Positions 24,971-38,530 of a DNA stretch of 64,000 bases are shown piece by piece. This DNA comes from the human T2T-CHM13v2.0 reference genome, Homo sapiens. The notes below the pieces were generated by a model. The model was not told where the DNA came from. It did not search any database and worked only from the letters and a program-made list of their open reading frames with translations. Location: the NCBI RefSeq assembly GCF_009914755.1, contig NC_060929.1; one strand, written 5' to 3'. Both the position numbers and the translations under genes were made by a program. Every line of letters begins with the position of its first letter. Positions within the stretch are counted from its first letter, which is position 1.

Positions 24971-25356
24971 TCAGTACAATAGATAACTCTGGTGATTAGG
25001 GTAGTATTCAAGTAGAAATATGGACTGTTATTTTGAGGTACTAATTTGTCTTCTGCTTCTGTAAGCCTGATTTTCTTTCTGTATATTTTTATCTTTAATA
25101 TAGCAGTGACAGGTCTAATGTTGTTGTTGTTATTAGGTAATTACAGCTTGCTGATGCTTTGCAGAAATAAAGCCCATTGCATGATGGAGTAGAGATTGGT
25201 GTGGGATATTGGTGTCTCTCAAGTGTTTCAGAACTTAAGCCTATTAAATTGTTCCCATTTCTTATGAGGTTTAAGTTATTATCTCATGAAAGTTATATGC
25301 AATTGTTGCTGTTGTTAAGAAGTATTTCATTGACAGGTATTGTGAGTGTCTGAGTT
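24971..25356 (-). pseudogene. Pseudo-exon (3' end uncertain)
   Basis: Strong acceptor ttttctctacctttgtttcag after a 135-nt intron; its phase-2 start matches the previous exon. Reads TQTLTIPVNEILLNNSNNCI*LS*DNNLNLIRNG... Confidence 0.55.
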
Positions 25357-25491
25357 CTGAAACAAAGGTAGAGAAAACGATTTGACTTACAATGTATCAA
25401 ATGAACTGGGTTGACATAGAAATTCTTTAGCTCTGTCTTATCCACCTGATTTCTCTCTATCTCATTAAATTGCTGTGATAGACTTGCTTAC

Positions 25492-25689
25492 TTTTAAAAG
25501 TCTTGTCTGAAAATACAAGCATTGCTCCCAGGTTCTCTCAGATAGAATCATTCTTTATAGTCAGGCTTAAGGGCCTTGGCTTTCATTGCTTCCTTCGTCC
25601 AAAATTCCAAGGCCAGTGTTTTGTCACATGACTGAAACAGCCTTCAGTTACAGGGGCTAGATGGCATGGCCATAACCAGACCACAGGGA
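25492..25689 (-). pseudogene. Pseudo-exon, 198 nt, phase 2-2
   Basis: Acceptor cctttgtcttttcag, donor AAA|gtaagc. Reads PCGLVMAMPSSPCN*RLFQSCDKTLALEFWTKEAMKAKALKPDYKE*FYLREPGSNACIFRQDF*. Confidence 0.75.
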
Positions 25690-25749
25690 CTGAAAAGACA
25701 AAGGTATGTTATTTTATGTGCTCTAACTTGCTTGGTTGATTCTCTTATT

Positions 25750-26008
25750 CATTGCACACTGAGTGGCTTCTTTGCTTTGAACTTCAGGCTTCAGTGAATC
25801 AGAACAGAAAGTTAGATCTGACATAGAAAACATTGTGCAAATGACTTCCTAAAGGAAAATTACAACTGCAATTAACACAAGCCTTCCAAGGATTTCAACA
25901 ATCCCTCTGGAAAGTTATGTCAAACAAAAAAGGTACTTCTAAATAAACCCATTCCAGGAACACTAGTGAGCAAAGTCTTTGAACTGGATGTCTCAGGAGT
26001 TGAATTTT
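25750..26008 (-). pseudogene. Pseudo-exon (boundaries uncertain)
   Basis: Contains LLRHPVQRLC and, in another frame, FPEGLLKSLEGLC. Splice sites are weak or damaged. Confidence 0.45.
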
Positions 26009-26524
26009 CTCAGTAAAAGCCATCAGCAGTTCATAGAAAATTTTCATATAAAAGTTGAACATTACAATGATACTTTTCCCCATACATTTCATTGAATGAT
26101 CAAAGATGCTTGTTACCTTTATCATATGATGACTCAGCTAAATATTTCTCAAGGTCTATGTGCTTAAAATGGATACAATTGAGGGAGTTGAAAAAAGTAG
26201 AAATAAAAACTATTCCCTTATAATCTAGTAGTAAAGCTGAAATAAGAACAATCAGAAAAACAAGGAACCAATTATAGTAGTGTAACAGTAAAAGCATGGA
26301 ACTGGGATTCAAGACCTCTGGGTAGAGCTTCATGCTCTGCCAGTTTCTTGCTGAACAGCTTTGGTCAAACTACGTCATCTTTCTGAACCACAAGTTCCTC
26401 ATACATAAAATTAGAGTGTTAGATTAACATTATGGGATTGGTTTCCTCATGCAACCATATTTCTTGAGGCACAGACAATAAAAAGTGAGGTCCAACATAT
26501 TTTTGTTCCCACGTCATTTCTTAC

Positions 26525-26604
26525 GTGGATTACCAATAGCATCCTATAACCTAGGAGCTTAGCTTCATCCAATTAGGTTATATTCTGACATTTCCCAAAT
26601 GACA
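26525..26604 (-). pseudogene. Possible small pseudo-exon
   Basis: Acceptor cttgtcctgatag, donor CAC|gtaaga. Reads SFGKCQNIT*LDEAKLLG; weak support. Confidence 0.3.
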
Positions 26605-27249
26605 CTATCAGGACAAGTAACAATCACTGTTGACAAGGCTGACACCATATCCTGAATCTTCTCCATTTCTGCCTTTATTATAGCCTGCTTCTTCCTCAGC
26701 TTCCTCCACAGCCAGAGGTGGTCACGTTACTTGTCTGATTACCAGACCTGCCACCAGAAGTTTAGTGGAGTTATCTGGGAAAGTTTTCTTTCCTTCTTGT
26801 ACTTCCTTCTCCCCTTTCATTGCTGTTTTAAACACTCACATGATGCCTGAATCTGAGGCAACCATCTTGTTTTATATTGAGTCACTAAACCTACCAATGG
26901 TCACCTACATCCATACTTGCTGTTGTGTAAAAGAAACAACTCACCTGCTTTTATACCACTGTAAATTGGTTTTTATCTTACTTATATTTTAAACTATGTC
27001 TAACTGATATAGCATACTATGAAGTAATATCCATATAAAACTTTTCATTATCTGAGGGTAACTGGTACTTAAAAAAGGACACTTAAGGGGAAATCATATA
27101 AATCAGGGACATAATATCACAGTGAGTAGGGATAAAATGTTTAATTGGGATTTAACCTTGGCAAATGAAACTAAAAAAAATGGTGAAAATAATTAATAAT
27201 TAACATTTAGGTTATAATTTAACTATAGGCAATGAGACCATTGTGATTT

Positions 27250-29714
27250 TAAAAACAGCATTATAGGAATATAATTAAACTATCACAAAATTTCTCCATT
27301 GTAAATGTACAATTAGATAATTTTTAGTAAGTTTATACTATTGTATAATTATATCCATAATTCTATTTTGGAACATTTCCATCATTCTAAAAAGAAAGTT
27401 CCTTCATGCATGTTTTCAGTGAGTCTCCACCCTTGCCTCAATTAGCTTTTTGTCTCTACGGATTGGCTTTTAAAATTTTTTTTAGAAATTGTATGTAAGT
27501 TGAATAATATGTAGTTTCTTATTTGTAGGTTCTTTCATTTAATGTAGAGTTTCTGAGATACATCTATGCTGTTGTTGCATGTATTAGAAATTTGATCTTT
27601 TACTGAAGAGTAATCCATTGTTTATATGTACTACATTTTGTTTATTCATTCATCACTACACAGGTATTTAGATTGTTTCTATTTTTGAGTTATAAAAAAC
27701 ACTGCTATAAACATTTGTGAACACGTCTTTGTGTAGACATGTTTCCATTTCTTTTGGGTAAATACCTAGGAGCAAATTTTCTGGGTTACATGGTTAGTGT
27801 ATGTTTCAATTTCAGAAACTGCCAAACTGTTTTCTAAAGTGACTGTACCAGTTTGCATTTCTATTAGCAAAACATGTCTTCCAGTTTCTCCACATGCTCC
27901 CTAAGGCTTTTGACTGGCTGTCTTTTTGTTTTAGGCCATTTTTGTGAGTTTCTAGTTTTGTCTTGTGGTTTTAATTTTTATTTCTCTAATGTCTAATGAT
28001 GAGAATTTTTTTATGTACTTATTGTCCATTTGTATGTAAATTTTGCCCATTTTAAAATTGCTTTTTTAAAATTTTTGAGTTTTAAGAGTTATTTATATGT
28101 TTATACAGGACAAAACATTTAATAGATACATAATTTGCAGATTTTTTTTTCCATTTTGTGGCTTGTCTCTTCATTTGCTTAATGGTATGTTTTTCAGAGG
28201 CTATGCTTTAAAACTTTTTTGATAATGTTCAATTACTCAATATTTTCTTTTATGAATTGTTCTTTTGGTGTCCTAACTAAAAAATATTTCTTTAAAGTAA
28301 TTTCACAACAATTTCCTTCAATATTTTATTCTAAAATATTTATAGTTTTAGCTCTTTCACGTAGGTCTATTATCCATTTTGAATTAATTTTGAGTTTTGT
28401 ATGAGATGAGGATTTAAGAGGAGTTTAAGTTCTTTTTTTTTTTGTTCAGATGTGGCTATCCAGTTGTCCCAGCAGTTTGTTGAAAAGAGAATTTTTCCCC
28501 ATTGAATTTCCTTGGCACCTTTGTCAAAAATAAGTTGTCCATAAATATTAAGGATTTATTTCTGGACCCTCAATTCTGTTTTATTGATGTACATGTCTGT
28601 TCTTATGCCAGTGCTACCTGAAATAGACTGTGTGTCCTCCAGTTTTGTTATTTTTCATAATTGTTTTGGCTAACCTAGGTCTTTTGCATTTCCATATAAA
28701 TTTGAGGACCAGCTTGTCAATTTCCACAAGAAAGCCTGATGAAGTTTTGATAGAGATTGAATTAAATTATAAAATCAATTTTGGGGAAAATTGTCATTGT
28801 GAAAATATTTGGTCTTCCAATATTCTAATACGGTATGTCTATCACTTTTTATGTCTTTAAAAATTACTCTCAGTAATGTTTTGTAGTTTTCAATGTACAG
28901 GTTTTACTCTTTATTTAACTTTTAAGTTCAGGGGTACATGTGCAGGTTTTTTACATAGATAAATGTGTGTCACGGGGGTTTGCTTTATAGATTATTTCAT
29001 CACTCAGGTATTAAGCCTAGTATTCATTAGTTATTTTTTCTAATCCTTTCCCTCCTTCCACCCTCCACTGTCTAATAGGCCCCAGTGTGTGCTATTTTCC
29101 TCTATGTGTCCACATGGTCTCATCTTTAGCTTCCACTTACAAGTGAGAACATGCAGTATTTGGTTTTCTGTTCCTGAGTTAGTTGGCTAAGGATGATGGC
29201 CTCCAGCTGCTCCATCCATGTCCTTGCAAAGGAAATGTTCTCATTCTTTTTTATGCCTGCATCGTATTCCATGGCACATATGCACCACGTTTTCTTTATC
29301 CTGTCTATCATTGATGGGCATTTGGGTGGATTCCAAGTCTTTGCTATTGTGAATAGTGCTGCAATGAACATACATGTACATGTATCTTTATAACAGAATG
29401 ATTTATATTCCTTTGGGTATATATCCAGTGATGAGATTGCTACGTTGAATGGTATTTCTGTCTTTAGGTATTTGAGGAATCGCCACACTGTCTTCCACAA
29501 TGGTTGAACTAGTTTACACTCCAATTCTTTTTTGTTGGAAATTTTCCTAAGCACTTTATTCATTTGGATGTTATTTGAATATAATTTTCTTGATTGAACT
29601 TTTGGATGTTTCTTTTGGATTCCTAGGAATGTAATTACATATTACATTCCTAGGAATATAATATGTATTGATTTTGTATCTGGCTACTTCGATTTTGTTA
29701 TGAACTCTACTAAG

Positions 29715-29752
<38 letters not shown>

Positions 29753-29820
29753 TCTTTAGAATAGTCTACACGCAGGAGGATTATGTTATTTTACATACAG
29801 AAAATTTTAATTATTCCTTT
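27250..29820 (-). mobile_element. L1M 3' region with a younger nested L1P piece (about 28910-29525)
   Basis: ORF 29126-29563 is the L1 ORF2 C-terminus; flanks are older degenerate L1. Confidence 0.9.
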
Positions 29821-29829
29821 TCAAAATAT

Positions 29830-30360
29830 ATGCCTACAATGCCTTTATGATCTGACCTGGGAAAACCTACCCCATTGTCTCCTCTGTCCATTATACTCAT
29901 TAGTCATTACTTTCTGGTCACACTGACCTTTATTTCATAAGGTGTATCTACTCTCATTTCTCTCTTAGGGCATTTGTATATGCTATTCCTTTTTCCAGCA
30001 ACACTCTTTACCCAAATATTTTGTAGCTGCCTCCTTTCATCACTTTCATCATTTATGTCTCAAAAATCATTACTTCAAAGTTAAGTTCCCCGGCCACTTT
30101 AAGAGAGTTTCACCACTAAAACCATTCTACATCATTCTGTAAACCATTTTATTTAGAGCATTTACAACCCCCAAATAATTTTATTTATCCTTTTACACAT
30201 TTATTTTTGATCATATTTATTTTACGCAGAAAATAAATGTGTAAAAAGATAATAACCTTCAACCTGAATATAATTTCCTTTAAGACAGTGACCTCGTCTA
30301 TCAATTCCACTGTTCAGTCCCAGGGCTTAGAGTAGTGCCTGAATCATATCGGATGTACTT
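29830..30360 (+). mobile_element. L2 fragment
   Basis: Degenerate L2 3' region. Confidence 0.6.
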
Positions 30361-30603
30361 CCCCACTCCCTTTTTACTATATGATTGACAGAAGAAGTAA
30401 AAAGAGAGAAAACATTAAAGCATACAGATGAAAACTTTTCAAGAGAGTGACGTGCATACTTTTGTTTAGTTGTTAACTGTGAAATTAACTGGAAATTATC
30501 ACATGAATTAACAATTCTGAAGGGAGAAAATGGCGTCATATAAAGGCAACCTGACACATTTTGATTATGTGTTGGAGCTTAGAAATATGACAGGATATAA
30601 TAC

Positions 30604-31223
30604 CTTAGTGTGCTCATGCATGGTCATGGGGATTGTCTGTCACACCTTAGAGTTTTAAGGGAGGAATACACAGTTGCGTCTGTGCATCTGTGCAGATTCT
30701 TTTTGTGAATAAGTTTAGGAGTTAAGAGTGCAAGCTCTAGATCTGGAAGTTTCTGTAAAGCGCAGACCAGCTCATGACATGTGGGCCTGTGGCTTGACTT
30801 TTGTTCCTCTGACCTATACCCATCATTTTCTGGCTGCTCAGCCTGAAGCTTAAACAAAGTATCACTGTCCTGGGATGCAAGGCCGCAGGGCTAATGCTGC
30901 TGACACAGAGCCTCAGGGACTGCTCTAGCACACCATAGCATCCACTGTCGGGCCCACCAGATTATTTACTAGTTTCCTTGGTGTCATTGTCTTGACAAGT
31001 AACTCTGGGAATTCAGTGCATTTTTCCCCTTCAGCTAGATGCCGCCAGAATATTTGACTCTCTGGATGTGTCGGGCAGGCTCTGTAATTAAATGGCTCAG
31101 CATTTCTGTTTGTCAGGGTGATATAAAATAAGGGGAAAAAATGTTTGCTTTGTGAAGCTCTGCCATAAAACCTTCAGGAAGGATTATACATCATCAGGCC
31201 TTTGGCTCCCAGAGGAAAGTGCT
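30604..31223 (-). pseudogene. Pseudo-exon
   Basis: Acceptor ttttgtctttcag, donor AAG|gtatta. Reads HFPLGAKGLMMYNPS*RFYG...FNYRACPTHPESQIFWRHLAEGEKC...; LALRPCIPGQ appears further on. Confidence 0.65.
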
Positions 31224-32015
31224 CTGAAAGACAAAACATCTTTAGTGTCAATTTTCAACTAGGAGAAAATTGAATGAAATGAAGTTTGACATATGGAATG
31301 GTTTTCATAAGCTGTTTCAAATGTGAGTCACAAGAAAGGTCACTTTGAGGATGTGGCAGAAGATCAGCTGAGATGTTTCTAATAATTTGAATAGAGCCTA
31401 GAAGCTGACTTACTATTGTGTGCTCATGGGCCATGCCATGGACCACATTCAGTTAGGAGAGAACTGGACCCATTAATCATTTGTGACAGCAGAGTTTGAA
31501 CTTGTGTCTTATGGTTGATTCTATAGAACAGGAGGCTGAAACTGGCTTGGAAAACATTCGGGTAGACTATATCTATCTTCATTTACCGAAGGGTATAACT
31601 TAAAAATAGCCCTTTCATTGAATACTTCCATCCTTGCATAATTAAAAAATTCTCCTACACCAGCAACTTTTCTATATATGGTTAATACCATAGAATAAAA
31701 TACAATGACTGCAATTGCATTTTTAAGTCATATTAGAAATTCAGTCTGTTACAGTAATGATGATATGCTATGATGAAACATAGTTACTGCACAAAACCAG
31801 ATTGTAAGAAAAGTGTATTTTTTTAGGAACTATTGCCATATATACATTTTGGGGGTATTAATAAATTCATATGATTAAGACACAATTTCATAAGGTGTCT
31901 ATATTGGCTGTAGCCCCAGATTCATTTTGAAAAGGAATTAGGATTTCGCAAGCCTAGTGCCATGCATTTCTTTGCACAGTTGCAGATCAAACTAATATAC
32001 CCTCTTCCTCTTTAC

Positions 32016-32640
32016 CTCCTCCCCAATTCCTAACCACCGTTTTCCCCAAACACACACAATAATATGTGGATTAGTTTTCTGTTTTCTTGCAGTCCATGGA
32101 AAGTTCAATTAAAAGAGATGACAAAGTAGCATAATAGCTGTCATTCCCAACTCATGACCTCAGCAAAAGCAAGAAATGAGTGAGTTAATCTTCCCTTGGA
32201 GAGGTGTGGCTAGTAGCTGGAAAGGCAGACTTCCTTCCAGTAGGCTGGACATAAGAAAATAAAAGGAAGATTTTCATCTGATACTTATAAACATATTTTA
32301 CTGTCCCCTCTCCTAAGGTCTGAGCCATTATAGTAAGCATAAAAGGAAGAACCTTCCTTTTTGGATTTTTAGAGGTCTTAAGGATAACTTGTTTTCCAGG
32401 TGAAAGAAGCCCACCACCACAGGCAGAAGTAAAAACATGCAAAGATACAGAAGTGGATTGGCTACTTATGAGAGCTCCCTGCATCGTATTTCTTGAGGCT
32501 GGGCTTTTCCTGTAGTATCTAGAGCAACTCTGTGAGAGCCTCTGTGGTTGTGTTTCAGGCTCTCCCATGGCCCAAATGCTAATCCTCAGTAGATTTAAAG
32601 CAGCAGGCCCTTTAGTATTAGTCATGCTGATCACTTTTAA
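32016..32640 (-). pseudogene. Pseudo-exon, likely first coding exon (signal peptide plus first ricin-like repeat)
   Basis: ATG at 32484. With one frameshift it reads MQGALI/VANPLLYLCMFLLLPVVVGFFHLENK, later YYNGSDLRRGDSKICL*VSDENLPFIFLC. Donor GAG|gtaaag. The 5' boundary is approximate (tttttcaa, possibly a damaged acceptor). Confidence 0.6.
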
Positions 32641-32949
32641 TTGAAAAAGAGAAAGCACTCATTTTGCACAGTGTGTCACAGGGTATATCCACTAATGGAG
32701 CTGCTAGCAGGGAAGCCAGAGCATTTTCTACATGTTTCTCCCCTAAGAGACCTGTCCTCCTTTGATGGAATCCACATTCTTAGAGGAATACACATAGAGT
32801 GGAGAGGAAGAAAATGAGTCACTGGCCTGCTAGCTAGAGCAATCAGATCATCCCTGATTGTCAATGTGCAGAAGGATGTCACAGCCCTATGGCACTCACT
32901 GCTGCCTCCCTTAAGGGAAATCAAGCTATTGGACAGTGGCTTTTATTGT

Positions 32950-33530
32950 GCTATACTAACAATATGTACCATTTTCTAAACAGGGAGACTAAAGTTTCTC
33001 CATATATGATCCCATTTCCTCCTCATGGTGGATCTTAGTCCTGGGCCTATATGGCTTGTGCCTACCTTCAATATTATCCAAAGAGTTTCCCTCACCATGC
33101 TCTGGCCAGGTTGATCTTTCTTGAAAAATGCCTCTAGCCCTCTTTTTCCATCTCTTTCCCTCTTTCCCCTCATGGTCTTGGTACTTCCAGTTCTCTTAGC
33201 ATAGAAATTTTTCTGCATATTTATGCATAGCTGGTCCCTGCTTTTCTGTCCTTTGCTCACATAGCATCTTCTCAAAGGGCATTTCTGGACGACCTGATCT
33301 AAAATCGTCTCTTTCCTCACCATCACTCATGACCACCTATTCCTTTTATTTTCCTTTGTTTCACTTTTCATAGACTGAAATTGTCTAGTTTGTTTACTTA
33401 TTGTCTGCCTTCCTTCTCAGAATGTAAGCTCTGTAAGGGGAGAGAGTTTATCTGTCTTCTACCTCACTAGTGTGGCCCTATTGTCACAACTTTGTCCTGC
33501 ACATAGTGTTCATCTAACATTTGTGGCAAA
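32950..33530 (+). mobile_element. L2 fragment
   Basis: L2 3' motifs (agaatgtaagctctgtaaggg). Confidence 0.6.
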
Positions 33531-33964
33531 ACAAATCTGCAAACGGGTATAAGTATTATCAGTGAATAAAGTAGGAAATCGCATTTTATAGAAGCCAACT
33601 GACTTGCTTATTACCACTAAATGGCAGTGAAGGAATTTGAACTGAGGTTTAGCTAGACCAGATTCCAGGTGTACAGGCTGATTGCAGAGCTAAGATCCTC
33701 TTTTCTCTCAGAATTACCTTGCCATTTCTCCGAGAAATTTAATTCATTCATGTAGCCTATCTGCTGAAAAAAAATGGGATCAGCAGCCAATTATTTATCT
33801 AAACAATTTGTTTTAGAATTCTCAGAGCTCTATCTGAATGGTATTTTTCTCCAGTGACTTGGAATTTTAAAAAATAAATAAGAAATAAGCAAATAAATTT
33901 TAAAACATTCTTCTCTCCTGACTTTTGCTTTTGGGATTTGTAAAACCCATAATACTTCTGTTCT

Positions 33965-36900
33965 TTTTTTATTTTACTGTATTGATACATAATATTTTAT
34001 ATAACATGGGGTACATGTGATTCATAGAATGTACAATGATCAAGTCAGGGTATTTGGGGGTATCCATCACCTCAAGTATTTATTATTTATTTCTATGTGT
34101 TGGCAACATTTCAAGTCCTCTCTTCTAGCTGCTTTGAAATATACAATACACTGTTGCTAACAAGTCACCTGGTTGGCTATCAAACATGAGAACTCATTTC
34201 TCCTATCTAACTATAAGTTTATACCCATTTACCAACCTTGTTTTGTTTTGAATAACAGCTTTATTGAGATAGAATTCATATACCATAAAATTTATCATTT
34301 TAAAATCTTCAATTGAGTAGTTATTAGTATATTTACAGAGTTTTGCAACCATCACCAGTATTTAAAATTTTCATTACCCCTCAAAGAAACTCTGAACTCA
34401 TTAGCAGTCTTTCCCCGTTTGCCTTTCTCTGCAGACCCTGGAATCCACCAATCTACCTTCTGACTCAATTCTGGACATGTAATATAAATGGAATCACGTT
34501 ATATGGACCTTTTGTATCTAGCTTCTCTCCTGTAGTATATTTCCAAGCTTTATCCATATCAACATATTTCAGTATTTAATTCCTTTTATAAGATCAAATG
34601 ATATTTTATATGCCACGTTTTGTTTAGCCATTCATCAATTAACACCCATTTTGATTGTTTCCACTTCTTGGCTGTCAGGATGTATGGTGCTGTTAACATT
34701 TGTATACAAGATTTTGCATGGACATATGTTTACAATTCTCTTGAGTGTATACCTAAAAGTGATTACCGGTCATATGGTAACTATATGTATTTACATAGCC
34801 AATCATTTAAGGAAATGCCAAGCAATTTTCTAAAGCAGCTACACCACTTTATATTTCCATTAACAATGTATGAGGGTTCCAATCTCTCCACATCCTCACC
34901 AGTGTTTGTTATTGCCCGTTGTTTTGTTTATAGCCATCCTAGTGGGTATGAAGAGTTATTTCATAGTTTTGATTTGCATATCCCTAAAGACTAGCAATGC
35001 TGAGCATCTTTTTATGTGTTTGGCCATTTGTATATCTTCTTTAGAGAAATAATTATTCAGCTACTTTGCAAGATTTAAAATTGGTTACTTGTCCTTTTTA
35101 AGTTTTAAAACTTCTTTATATACTCTGAATACAAGTTCCTTAGCTATACAATTTGTAAGTATTTTCTCCCACTGTGTAGGTTATCTTTTTATTTCTCAAA
35201 GAAAGATAATTTTTCAAACAGTTTTAGGTTCACAGTAAAACTGAGCAGAAGATATAGATAATTCCCACATATATACTGTCTTCTTCCACCCTTGCATAGC
35301 CTCTCCTGTTATCAACATCCTTCACCAAAGTAGTACATCTTTTACAATTGATGAACCTCCATTAATATATTATAATCACCCAAAGCCCATAGTTTGCACT
35401 GGAGTTCACCCTTGGTGTTGTATATTCTACAGGTTTGGCCAAATGTATAATGATGTGTATCCACCGTTATAGTATCTTGTAGACTAATTTTACTACCCTA
35501 AGAATCCTCTGCTCTCTGCCTATTTATCCTTCCTTTCACACTAACTCCAGGAAACATTTCTTTGTTTACTGGTCCCATACTTTTGCCTTTTCCAATGGGT
35601 TTCTTTCACTTAGCAAGTAATACGCTAAGTTTTCTTTATGTCTTTTCTGGCTGATAGCTCGTTTCTTTTTAGTGCTTAATAATATTTCATTGTCTGGATG
35701 TACCAGTTTATTTATCCATCTGCCTATTGAAAGATATCTTGTTGTTTTCCAAGTTTTGGCTGTTATGAATAAACATCCATGTGCAGGTTTTTGTGTGGAG
35801 ATGTTTTCAAATCATCTGGGTAAACACAAAGTGGTACAATTCATGGATTGTATGGAAAGAGCATGTTTAGTTTTGTAACAAACTGTCAAACTGTCTTCCC
35901 AAGTGGCTAGACCATTTTTCATTCCCACAAGCAATGAATGAGTTCAAATTGCTCCACATCCTTCCCTTGGTGTCAGTGTTCTGGATTTTGGCCATTCTAA
36001 TAGGTGTGTAGTGGTATATCATTGTTGTTTTAATTAACATTTCTCTGATGACATATGATATGGAACATTTTTTCATGTTTATTTTCCATCTGTATATGTT
36101 ATTTGGTGGGATTTCTCTTAAGGTAATTGGCCCATTTTTGAATTCGGTTGTTGGTTTTTTTTACTATTGAGTTTAATGAGTTCTTTTTATATATTTAATA
36201 ATAGCCCTTTTCCAAATATGTCTTTTGTAAATATTTTCTCCCAGTCTGTGGTTTGTCTCCATTCTCTTGATAGTGTCACAGAGCAGAAGTTTTAAATTTT
36301 AACGAACTTCAGTTTATCACTTCCTTCTGTCATGGACTGGGCCTTCAGTGTTGCATCTAAAAATGTCACCATCAAACCCAAGGCCATCTAGATTTTCTCC
36401 TGTATTATCTTCTAGGAGTTTTTTAGTTTTCCATTTTAGATTTCACTGGTCCATTTTCAGTTAGTTTTTGGAAGGTTTGTGTCCAGATTCATTTTTTTTT
36501 TTTTTTTTTGCATGTGGATAGTCATTTGTTGAAATTACTAATTTTTTTCATAGTATTGCCTTTGTTCCTTTGTCAAATATCATCTGACTATATTTACTTG
36601 GGTCTATTTTTGGGCCCTCTATTTTGTTCCATTGATTTATTTGTCTATTTTTTTCACCAATACCGTATTGTTTTGATTACTGTAGCTTTATAGTAAATCT
36701 TAAAATATGGTAGTGTAAGTCCTCCAACTTTGTTCCTTTTTTCCCTTCAATATTGTTTAGCTTCTTCACATAAACTTTAGAATAAGTTTGTTAATATCCA
36801 CAAAATAACTTTCTGAGATTTGGGTTGGAATTATTTTAAATCTATAGATCAAGTTGGGAAGAACTGACATCTTGACAATATTGAGTCGTTCCATTCATGA

Positions 36901-37440
36901 ACATGGCATATCTCTCCAATTATTCAGTTCTTCTTTGATTTCTTTTAACAGAGTTTTGTAGTTTTTCTCATGTAGATCTTATATATATTTTATCTGATTT
37001 ATGCCAAAGATTTATACCAAAGTATCACATTGTCTGGGTTGTATTTTCACTTTTTTTATTGTGTCCTAGGAAGTACAAAAGTTGATTGTTTCTTTTTTCT
37101 TAGTGAAGTCCATGTGTCTACATTTTTTTTTTTTTTTTTTTTTTTGTCGTTTGCACTTCTGGTACTGTATCTAATAAATTATTGCCTAATCCATTGTTAA
37201 AAAGTATGTACATCTATGTTTTCCTATAAGAGTTTTACAATTTTAGCTCTTACATTTAGTTCTATGATTCATTTTCAATTAGTATTTTTAATTAATACAA
37301 TGAAGAAGTCCAATTTTCTTTTTTTATTTCTTTTTTTGGGGGCATGTAGATATCTAGTTGACTAAGCATCATTTGTTGACTATTTTTCTCCATTGAATTG
37401 TCTTAACACCCTTGTCAAGAATCATTTGACTGTAAAAGTA
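33965..37440 (-). mobile_element. Cluster of nested L1MA/L1MB fragments
   Basis: Several L1M 3' UTR and ORF2 C-terminal pieces (e.g. ORF 35867-36076). Confidence 0.88.
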
Positions 37441-37523
37441 AGGGCTTCTTTTTCTTACATAACTGTTTCTTATCCTTTTATCTTCTCAAACTTTGTTGAC
37501 TTTAGAGTAACAAGTTTGAGATC

Positions 37524-37886
37524 TGATATGGTTAGGCTTTGTGTCCCCACCCAAATCTCATCTTGAATTGTAATGCCAGATGTTGGTGGGGAGACCTGGT
37601 GGGAGGTGATTGGATCATGTGGGTGGTTTCCCTTATGCTATTCTTGTGATAGTGAGGGAGTTCTCACGAGATCTGATGGTTTTATAAATGGAAGCTTCCC
37701 CTGGCCTTTTCACTCTCTCTCCTACCTGCCATCATGTAAGATGTGCCTTTTCCCCTTCTGCCATTATTGTAAATTTTCTGAGGCTGCCCAAGCAATGTGG
37801 AACTATGAGTCAGTTAAACCCCTTTTCTTTATAAATTACCCAGTCTTGGGTATGCCTTTATAACAGTGTGAAAATTGACTAATACA
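37524..37886 (+). mobile_element. MST/THE1 solo LTR
   Basis: TGATATGG...TAATACA termini; TSD AGATC. Confidence 0.93.
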
Positions 37887-37993
37887 AGATCCCTCTCCTG
37901 GGAATTTCAAACCACATTCTCTGTACAAAAAATACTTTATTACTAGTTTCTCAAGTTCTACCTTCAGTTGGATTCTCCCCAAAACAGACTCTA

Positions 37994-38530
<537 letters not shown>

